Part shown: positions 54,505-64,000 of the stretch, in pieces | How positions within the stretch are numbered: position 1 is the stretch's first letter | Layout: each line of letters opens with the position of its first letter | The notes under the pieces: generated by a model | Told to the model about the DNA's origin: nothing | The model's input: only the letters and a program-made list of their open reading frames with translations | Databases searched by the model: none | DNA from: Macrostomum lignano | Lineage: Eukaryota | Assembly (NCBI GenBank): GCA_002269645.1 | Contig: NIVC01002964.1 | Coordinates: forward strand, 1-64,000 | Direction of reading: 5' to 3' | DNA length: 64,000 nucleotides | Position numbers and translations under genes: made by a program

Positions 54505-57500
54505 ATGCGTCTGACGGTGCTGCTTCTGCTCTCCGTTGTGGTGCTTCTGGCTCTCAATAGCGATGTTAGCGACGCCCGAAGATCGAAGCCGTGAGTATAC
54601 TCGTAGACCGAATTAGCTTTGCCAGTTACACTACTTAAAGCAGGCTAGTGTCTCAACTTGCTTGGATCAAGTTTGCTCATGTCGGCTTTCGCGAATAAAT
54701 TTTCAGTCGCTGGGCCAGACGATGTTTTCGAAAGCTCGGAAAGACGGTGAAGCGTCTGAAAAAGCTGGCAAAGATCAGGAAGATCCGCGCTAGGAGGGCC
54801 AAAAGGTCCTGGGCAAAGCGCATGGTCGCATGTGAGTGCAGTCCCTAATGTATCTGTGCAGTGCATTGTCTATGGAACAAACTGTAACAAGCGAATAATT
54901 CCCGGCTCGATGCTCGACTTTCAGCCATCAAAAAGTGCGGTCGGAGGCGCTGCGGAAGGCGGCAGCGATGCGTCGTTCGGCTATCCAGGAGGAAGATTGG
55001 CCGAATCTCCCGCCGAATCGCCCGGTTACGACGCCGCTACCGCAAGAAGAAGGCCAAGATCAATCGAAAGTTTCGAACTGCCATTCGCCGCAGCTCGAAA
55101 CGAGTGAAAACGGCGGCCGGTCGCAAAGCGCTCTCCAGCAAAAAGTCCAAGGCCAGAAAGGTTGTCATCAAGAGGAAGAAAAAGCTTCGCAGGCGAACCA
55201 GAAAACGACTGGTATCCCTGAAGCGGAAATTGCGCCGGGCTCGACGAGGGTCGAAGAGGTGCGTGTCCAGGAGACGCCGCAGCTCGCGAAGGAGACGTGG
55301 TGAGTATTCACTTTGTCGGCTGTATGAAAATACGGTGCAGTGTATGCGGCCCTATTCATAAAAACATCGCTTCTACTTCCGATCCTACAGGCGTGCGGTG
55401 CGGCCGAAGACGCTGCAGCATTCGTCAGCGATGCGTCGCCCGACGATCCAGAAGACGAATCCGACGAATCCGCCGCCGAATCTCCAAGCTGGGACGATCG
55501 TATCGCAAGAAGCGGGCTAAAATTAGCCGCAAGTTGCGCGCCGCCATTCGCCGCAGCTCTCGACGCGTCAAATCGCTGGCCGCATGCCAAAGGCTCTCCA
55601 AGAAGCGATCCAAGATCAGAAGGGCAGCCAATAAGCGAGTAAAGAAAGTTCGCAGGCGTTTTAGAAAGCGACTGGTATCATTGAGACGCCGACTGAGAAG
55701 AGAACGAAGAGGATCAAGACGTTGCGTGTCTCGAAGGAGAAGTCGCGGTAAGCCATGGAATCTTTTTCGAGTAATAGACTAAAGTCACACACACACACAC
55801 ACACACATATATAAATATATATATATTTGCTCCTAAAGGTGTTCAATGTGGCCGAAGACGCTGCGGAAGACGTCAGCGATGCATTGCCCGACTATCGAGC
55901 AGAAGAATCCGCCGAATCCGAAACCTATTCTCCAAGGTAAGACGATCCTATCGAAAGAGACAGGCCAAAATCAGCCGAAAATTCCGCGCCGCCATTCGCC
56001 GGTATTCGCGATCGGTAAAGTCAGCAGCAGCACGTCAAAAACAAGCCAAAAAGAGGGCTAAGGCCAGAAAAATTGTCCGCAAGCGAACTAGAAAGCTTCG
56101 AAATCAAACTAAAAGAAGACTGCGATCTCTGAAGCGCAAATTGAGTAGAGCTCGGCGACAATCAAGAAGGTGCGTTTCACGAAGACTAATTAGATCCAGA
56201 AAAAGACGCTCCTTGAAACGCCGTGCCAACCAAAGAAGACGCTCAGCGAGAAGACGTGCCAACCGAAAGAGACGTGGCAGCAAGAGACGATCGAGGAGAA
56301 GCCGAAGACGTGCCAACCGAAAGAGACGTGGCAGCAAGAGACGATCGAGGAGAAGCCGAAGACGTGCCAACCGAAAGAGACGTGGCAGCAAGAGACGATC
56401 TAGGAGAAGCCGAAGACGTGCCAACCGAAAGAGACGTGGCAGCAAGAGACGATCTAGGAGAAGCCGAAGACGTGCCACCCGAAGAAGTCGAAGAGCGAGA
56501 AGACGCGCCAACCGAAAGAGACGTGGCAGCAAGAGACGATCTAGGAGAAGCCGAAGACGTGCCACCCGAAGAAGTCGAAGAGCGAGAAGACGCGCCAACC
56601 GAAAGAGACGTGGCAGCAAGAGACGACCTAGAAGAAGAAGACGTGCGACCCGAAGAAGTCGAAGAGCGAGAAGACGCGCCAACCGAAAGAGACGTGGCAG
56701 TAGGAGACGATCTAGAAGAAGCAGAAAACGTGCCACTCGAAGAAGTCGAAGAGCGAGAAGACGAGCCAACCGAAAGAGACGTGGCAGCAAGAGACGATCT
56801 AGGAGGAGCCGAAGACGTGCCACCCGAAGAAGTCGAAGAGCGAGAAGACGCGCCAACCGAAAGAGACGTGGCAGCAAGAGACGATCGAGGAGAAGCCGAA
56901 GACGTGCCACCCGAAGAAGTCGAAGAGCGAGAAGACGCGCCAACCGAAAGAGACGTGGCAGCAAGAGACGACCTAGAAGAAGAAGACGTGCGACCCGAAG
57001 AAGTCGAAGAGCGAGAAGACGCGTCAACCGAAAGAGACGTGGCAGCAAGAGACGATCTAGAAGAAGCAGAAAACGTGCCACTCGAAGAAGTCGAAGAGCG
57101 AGAAGACGCGCCAACCGAAAGAGACGTGGCAGCAAGAGACGATCGAGGAGAAGCCGAAGACGTGCCACCCGAAGAAGTCGAAGAGCGAGAAGACGCGCCA
57201 ACCGAAAGAGACGTGGCAGCAAGAGACGATCGAGGAGAAGCCGAAGACGTGCCAACCGAAAGAGACGTGGCAGCAAGAGACGATCGAGGAGAAGCCGAAG
57301 ACGTGCCACCCGAAGAAGTCGAAGAGCGAGAAGACGCGCCAACCGAAAGAGACGTGGCAGCAAGAGACGATCGAGGAGAAGCCGAAGACGTGCCACCCGA
57401 AGAAGTCGAAGAGCGAGAAGACGCGCCAACCGAAAGAGACGTGGCAGCAAGAGACGATCTAGGAGAAGCCGAAGACGTGCCACCCGAAGAAGTCGAAGAG

Positions 57501-60500
57501 CGAGAAGACGCGCCAACCGAAAGAGACGTGGCAGCAAGAGACGACCTAGAAGAAGCCGAAGACGTGCCACCCGAAGAAGTCGAAGAGCGAGAAGACGCGC
57601 CAACCGAAAGAGACGTGGCAGCAAGAGACGATCGAGGAGAAGTCGAAGACGTGCCACCCGAAGAAGTCGAAGAGCGAGAAGACGCGCCAACCGAAAGAGA
57701 CGTGGCAGCAAGAGACGATCTAGGAGAAGCCGAAGACGTGCCACCCGAAGAAGTCGAAGAGCGAGAAGACGCGCCAACCGAAAGAGACGTGGCAGCAAGA
57801 GACGACCTAGAAGAAGCCGAAGACGTGCCACCCGAAGAAGTCGAAGAGCGAGAAGACGCGCCAACCGAAAGAGACGTGGCAGCAAGAGACGACCTAGAAG
57901 AAGCCGAAGACGTGCCACCCGAAGAAGTCGAAGAGCGAGAAGACGCGCCAACCGAAAGAGACGTGGCAGTAGGAGACGATCTAGAAGAAGCAGAAAACGT
58001 GCCACTCGAAGAAGTCGAAGAGCGAGAAGACGCGCCAACCGAAAGAGACGTGGCAGCAAGAGACGATCGAGGAGAAGCCGAAGACGTGCCACCCGAAGAA
58101 GTCGAAGAGCGAGAAGACGCGCCAACCGAAAGAGACGTGGCAGCAAGAGACGACCTAGAAGAAGCCGAAGACGTGCCACCCGAAGAAGTCGAAGAGCGAG
58201 AAGACGCGCCAACCGAAAGAGACGTGGCAGTAGGAGACGATCTAGAAGAAGCAGAAAACGTGCCACTCGAAGAAGTCGAAGAGCGAGAAGACGCGCCAAC
58301 CGAAAGAGACGTGGCAGCAAGAGACGATCTAGAAGACGCCGAAGACGTGCCACCCGAAGAAGTCGAAGAGCGAGAAGACGCGCCAACCGAAGGAGACGTG
58401 GCAGCAAGAGACGATCGAGGAGAAGCCGAAGACGTGCCACCCGAAGAAGTCGAAGAGCGAGAAGACGCGCCAACCGAAAGAGACGTGGCAGCAAGAGACG
58501 ACCTAGAAGAAGAAGACGTGCGACCCGAAGAAGTCGAAGAGCGAGAAGACGCGCCAACCGAAAGAGACGTGGCAGTAGGAGACGATCTAGAAGAAGCAGA
58601 AAACGTGCCACTCGAAGAAGTCGAAGAGCGAGAAGACGCGCCAACCGAAAGAGACGTGGCAGCAAGAGACGATCGAGGAGAAGCCGAAGACGTGCCAACC
58701 GAAAGAGACGTGGCAGCAAGAGACGATCTAGGAGAAGCCGAAGACGTGCCACCCGAAGAAGTCGAAGAGCGAGAAGACGCGCCAACCGAAAGAGACGTGG
58801 CAGCAAGAGACGATCTAGGAGAAGCCGAAGACGTGCCAACCGAAAGAGACGTGGCAGCAAGAGACGATCTAGGAGAAGCCGAAGACGTGCCACCCGAAGA
58901 AGTCGAAGAGCGAGAAGACGCGCCAACCGAAAGAGACGTGGCAGCAAGAGACGATCGAGGAGAAGCCGAAGACGTGCCACCCGAAGAAGTCGAAGAGCGA
59001 GAAGACGCGCCAACCGAAAGAGACGTGGCAGCAAGAGACGACCTAGAAGAAGAAGACGTGCCAACCGAAGAAGACGCTCAGCGAGAAGACGTGCCAACCG
59101 AAGAAGACGCTCAGCGAGACGTGCCAACAAAAGAAGACGCTCAATGAGAAGACGCGCCAATCGTAGAAAACCTGGCAGTTACAGACGATCTAGAAAAAGC
59201 AGAAGACGTGCCAACCGACGAAGGCGTAGAGTGAGAAGACGTGCCAACCGAAGGAGACGTGGCGGTAAGAGACGATCTAGAAGAAGCAGAAGGCGCGCCA
59301 ACAGAAGAAGACGCTGGTTGAGAAGACGTGCTGACAGAAGGCGAAAACGCATTTCCAGACATAAGAGACGGATTTCTAGGAGAAAAGGTAAATATTTAAT
59401 TTGAATTCTGTTGTCTTTTACTTAGGAACTTATTGGTGATCTCGTAAAAAACTTTTGCAGCACAAAGAAGGAAACGTAGATCCTTAACCAAATGTGGCAA
59501 ATTCCGTTGCGGCCGAGGTACATCGTGCTTCCGTAGGTATCGCTATTCGTCTCGGGTTAGAGCAGCCGCCACCAGGGCTTTTAGAAGCCGATCAGCTAGC
59601 GCACTGAAGCAGTTCAAAGCCAAGAAGGCAAAGGCAAATGCAAAATTTAGTGCGTACTTGAGAAGGCGAGTTGCTTCCTACACAGGTAAGTTTCATTTAC
59701 CTTTCATAAATTTATTTCCTTATTCAATATTTACTTTAATTGAAAAAATCTCAACACTCATGCTTCCAACATGGAAATCGACATGCAAATTAAATTAAAA
59801 CAGTATTTGATTTTTAGGTAGAAGCAACAGACAGGCTTGTGAGCACTCTTCAATCTCTATCAGATGTCCCAAAGGATACAAAATTGACATTCTGTCCGGA
59901 TTCTACGGCCGCACCAACAAGACTGTCTGCCGTAATAAGGCGATGAAGTCGACGCGCTGCTCAGCAGCATCGGCAACCCCGAGAGTGAAGAAGGCATGCC
60001 AGGGCAGGCGATCCTGCCGGGTCAGCAGCAGCAACTCCGTCTTTGGAGACCCCTGCGTTGGTACATACAAGTATCTGAAGATTTCCTACAGGTGCAAGAC
60101 GTACAAACCCACCCGAAAGTTGCTGAAGGAGCGAGCTGTCAGACGGCGCCGTCACCTTGCAGTTCTGGCCCGTTTGGCTAAGCGATATGCTCAGCGACAG
60201 GCCCGAATCAAGAGAGCGTTCATCAGATACCATTCAACAGTTGGTCGGTGTGCTTTCGCCAGAGCCAGTTCAGGTATCTCTCTTCATTTTAAATTAAACC
60301 AATTTTTTTCCGATTAGAGTTGCTGGACTTGATGCATCAGTTATTTTCACCACATGAATATTTCAGCCATCTGCAAACGAATCAGCTGCGGAAGAAGACG
60401 CCGCTGTGTGCTAAGAAGAAAGCGCTTTATCGGCAAGGTGGCTTATCGCCCAGCCTGCGTCCGAAGACCGCGCCGTAAGTGATTGAATCATTTAGTATGT

Positions 60501-63500
60501 ACTACTTATAAAGTACAGCAGAACTCACTTTTGTCCGTCCCCATGTGCCACCAGGACGGTGCGGCAAGGCGGTTTGCAAGCGAGGTCAGCGATGCGTCAT
60601 TCGCACAGTCAAGCGTCGAGTTGGTTCCGTCTTTAGAAGTGTGCGAATTGCCAGCTGTAGAAAAATTAAGTGTAAGTGCGAGCTATTCTTAAAATATTTT
60701 AACAGGTAGTCGTAATCTCTGTTGTTGTATGAATTTTTTCTGGTGTTCTTTGTAACATTTTTTTAATTCGCATAACATGTATCCATGATCATACACATTC
60801 GTTAATAATATTCCCACCTATTGCAGCTCCATGCGAAGTCGTTCGCTGTAGCCGCAGCAGGCGCTGTGTAGCTCGATTCCGCTTCTCCAAGTCCATCAGA
60901 CTGAGGGCTTCCAGACGGTACGGTCGCCTAGTTGCCAAGGCTAGGGCCAACTACAATAAGCGCAAGGCTGCGTCCATCAAGCGCATCAACTCCTACCTGC
61001 GCAATTTTGCCAGAAAAACCCCGAGATACAAAAGTAAGTGAATATTTTGTACAGCAGACATCTTTTTGATTTTATGTATACTTGCCATTCTTCAATACTA
61101 GTCCATATTGCTGTGCCTGTCTTTACTTTAACTTCTGTACGAGTATCTTGATGCATAGCAGCATTGCAAGAAAGTTAATATTTCGCCTGATACCAGATGC
61201 CAGCCCGAAACTTTCCTGTGAGCACGGATCGTCGAGCCTCAGATGTACATCTGGCTCCACCATCGATGTGATTTCCGCATTCTACGGCCGCACCTCCGGC
61301 AGCGTGTGTAAGAGAGGCCCCATCAAAACTACCAAATGCCGGTCGGGCAGCGCCAACAGTGCGGTCAGGCGCATTTGCCAGGGCAAATCGTCTTGCTCAG
61401 TTCGGGCTAGCAACTCCGTATTCGGCGATCCTTGCGTTGGAACATTCAAGTACATGCGAATCAACTACCGATGCAAGTCTACCACCCCGACTGCAACTGA
61501 GAGGAGAAAGAGACAAAAGAGGATCCAAAAGCACAGAAGCTACCTGGCAAAGCTGAGCAGCAGGTACAGGCGTACCAAAGCATATCTGCAGCGCAAGCTG
61601 AAGCGAGCTACCAGCCTGAAAGCTCGATGTGTCAGGAGTAGACGAAGTGAGACTCTCTTTTAAGTTTATTAATTTTAGCCTACTTTGGATGGATAGACAG
61701 ATTAATTTTATCTTAAGCAAAACCGACACCTTCCACTCGCACAGATGTTTGCCACAAACGACGATGCCGCAGAGGACGCGTCTGTGTTGCTCGCAGAGTT
61801 TCTCGCCGACGAGTTGTTGCCCGTTGCGTGAGGCCCCGGGGTACGTTTTGTATCATATTGTGTATCATTCAAGTTATCAAAAGTAATCAGGAAAATAGCT
61901 TTCAATTAACTCTGCTCATTCCAGCTCTATGCTCAAGAAAACGATGCGCGAGAGGCTCCCGCTGCGTTGTTCGTCGCACCATCTCAAAGGCTTTACGCAA
62001 ATTCCGCTCGATTAGGCGCAAGATGTACCGCCGCTATCGTGCCAGAAGAAGCGCCCTGAAAGCTAGCTACAGAAGAAGCAGGCGCAATGCCCGAGCGGCT
62101 TTCAAGCTGGCTGCCAAGGCCAGCAGGAAAGCAATTGCTAGAGCAATTAGGGCAAAGAATGCCAAGAAAGCAAAGAGCCTGAAGAAGGCGTGGAGCCGTC
62201 GCAGAGGTTTGCTAAAAGCAAGACTTCGCAGGCAGAGAAGAAAATACAAGAAAGCTAGTCACCGCCTCAGACTGAGCTTCAGAAAGAGCTCTTCGCGTCT
62301 GTCTCGTCGTTACAAAAAGCTCAGATTTGTCAAGTATTCGGCTAGGTGTACCGTCAATCGATGCTACCGAGTCAGGTGCAAGTCAGGCTTCTCCTGCAGA
62401 AATGTTAGGCGATTCTCTAAGAAATTTGCTGCTTACATCCAGCAGAGACGCGTCTTGTCGAAGTCCTACCGCGCAGTCCGCCGAAGACTGCTCCGATCGC
62501 TGTATGCCAAGGCCCGCAAGGCCACAAAGCTTTTCCGAAAGCATCTGGCCAGACACCGCTCCGGCATTAGACGCGCGAAGACCGCATCCGCTAGAAGATC
62601 ACTTAGATCGGCTCTACGACGCAAGGTGAGACGTTTCCGACGTGCTAGACGTGCTGCTCATCTGAAGTACCGACGTGCCGTGAAACTTGCTAGAAGAAAC
62701 TACCAGCTGAGGCGCAAGGCGCTGCGTAGAAAGCATGCAAATAAATCGGCTTTCAAGAACCGAGTCAGGACTGTAGCTCGTTGCATCCGCAGAGTGAGAA
62801 GTAAGCTGCTTTGTTGACTGAAAATCATACATTTTTAAACAAGAGCAGTAACAGACCTCTCATTCGCAATTTCTGACTTTGCTTTCAGGATCTTGCAAGA
62901 ATGTCAAGTGTTCAGCCGGCAAGCGTTGCGTCTCGACTGTTGTTTCTCGCAGATGGTTCAGGCGGTACAGGCGAAGTCTGAAGAGAGGCAACAGACGAAA
63001 ACGCTCTCGTCTAGTGCGGTCTATTCGGAAGCTTCGTTATCTCCGCAGGCAGTACAGAAGACGTTTGAACCGTCGTAGGAGGCGTGCCATCAAATCATTT
63101 AGACGCTGGTTTGGACGCGCCGTTAGGCGTCTTGGCGGAAAGAGGCGTTACAGAAGGAGGGCTGGAAGACGCAGTCGCAAATCCAGGTCCCGTTCTGCTC
63201 GACGAAACAGAGGAGCTGGATCGTTCCTCTGGGGCAGGTACAGACGTGCCGCTCGCCGGTACCGAAGAAAGTTTAGGCAGACCATTCGAAGGGTTTCTAA
63301 GCGCAGACTGAAGAAATACGCTAAATCGAAGAAGCGTGCCCGAAAGTCAGTTTTCAGAAGGTTCAAAAGAAATGCGCGAAAGTTTGCACGTCGCGTTCGT
63401 TTCCTGAAGAGACGAGTCGCGAAGCAGTTCCGACAGCTAAAGTCGGCCTACAAGAGAGGTAAGAAAGCAACAGCTGCCGACTGGAAGAAGCTGAAGAAGA

Positions 63501-64000
63501 AGATCTTGAGAAGATACAAAAAGATCAAAAAAGCCTACAGAAAGATGTTGAAGCGAGCAGTTGTTTCCTACTACAAACGGAGGGTTAATGTCGTGAGATC
63601 ATTGAAGAAACGGCTAAGAAAGTTCAAGCGGAGACCAAGAAGCTTCAGAAGACGCTACACACGCCGAGCCATCTGCGTTGCAGTAAATCCATGCCGGAGA
63701 AAGCGTTGTAGTCGAGGGTTTATCTGCCGGGTGCGAAAGATCAAAGCAAAAAGTGGCCGAACCAGATCTGTCGCTCGATGCGAGAAGAAAGCCAGTAAGT
63801 ACTCGTACTTTTTAATAACTTTAAATTTTCTGTCAAAAAGTCATGGATTTTTTGCAACTTTCTCAGCCTATATACAGACCTACAAAGAGTAAAGCATCAA
63901 ATTTCAGACAAGTGCAGCAAGGTGAACTGTTCCAAGGGCAAGCGATGCATCGTCAGGCGGGTGTCGACTCGTACTTTCAAAGGTTTCCGCTGGTTTGCCA
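54505..64000 (+). CDS. Very large secreted Arg/Lys-rich protein with follistatin-N-like Cys modules, a protamine-like repeat and two SUEL lectin domains; runs off the window
   Basis: Coding exons 54505-54590, 54707-54831, 54925-55299, 55391-55747, 55839-59387, 59461-59685, 59818-60273, 60367-60474, 60555-60671, 60827-61033, 61197-61646, 61745-61840, 61925-62800, 62889-63794, 63908-64000 (8026 nt, ~2675 codons, open). Signal peptide MRLTVLLLLSVVVLLALNSDVSDA. All introns are GT-AG. Confidence 0.88.
56240..59160 (+). repeat. Coding tandem repeat, 87-bp unit with a 54-bp sub-unit (ANRKRRGSKRRSRRSRRR + ATRRSRRARRR)
   Basis: Direct reading of the DNA and of ORF 56141-59404. Confidence 0.95.
59838..60096 (+). 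other. SUEL / rhamnose-binding lectin domain 1
   Basis: ACEHSSISIRCPKG...FYGRTNKTVC...C...CQGRRSC...NSVFGDPCVGTYKYLKISYRC; 8 Cys with YGR and DPC..TxKY motifs. Confidence 0.9.
61214..61475 (+). other. SUEL / rhamnose-binding lectin domain 2
   Basis: SCEHGSSSLRCTSG...FYGRTSGSVC...C...CQGKSSC...NSVFGDPCVGTFKYMRINYRC. Confidence 0.9.

Noticed and set aside
56104-59160. 1018-aa Leu/Arg-rich minus-strand ORF
   Set aside because: Antisense shadow of the coding repeat; the plus-strand Arg frame is the one joined in phase to flanking exons.
63867-63892. Stop codon ending the Arg-rich protein after an acceptor at 63866
   Set aside because: The acceptor at 63907 keeps phase 1 and opens another C-x4-C-x5-C module, matching the pattern of all earlier exons; 63866 remains a possible minor alternative.
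54505-64000. Identification as Macrostomum adhesive protein Mlig-ap1, or as a protamine
   Set aside because: As I recall, Mlig-ap1 has vWD, C-type lectin and EGF domains, none seen in this window, whereas SUEL and FOLN-like modules are present. The signal peptide argues against a nuclear protamine. The unseen C-terminus leaves some doubt.

Overview
Eukaryotic (metazoan) genomic DNA: spliced GC-rich genes whose introns are filled with intron-specific minisatellites. That style suggests a Macrostomum-like flatworm, which is an inference I have not verified. Left to right: (1) a Helitron 3' end at 752; (2) a 9.8 kb Helitron (2326-12127) encoding a 9-exon, frameshifted RepHel with an OTU protease domain, joined head-to-tail to a 5.2 kb non-autonomous derivative (12128-17330) that is mostly a 23-bp satellite; (3) two hAT-type MITEs with 8-bp TSDs; (4) a complete 13-coding-exon PRPF8 gene (23932-40192, 2405 aa) hosting two paralogous box C/D snoRNAs predicted to methylate U6 snRNA C62 (SNORD94/U94-like) and a nested antisense gene for a small secreted PAN-like protein; (5) minisatellite blocks, two small divergent genes, SINE heads and an unidentified multi-exon gene; (6) from 54505 to the window end, a gene for a very large (>2670 aa) secreted Arg/Lys-rich protein. 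It is built from at least 13 follistatin-N-like Cys knots with long basic insertions, a ~1000-aa protamine-like repeat and two SUEL lectin domains. The best candidates for new biology are this polycationic lectin and the U6-guide snoRNAs hosted in PRPF8.
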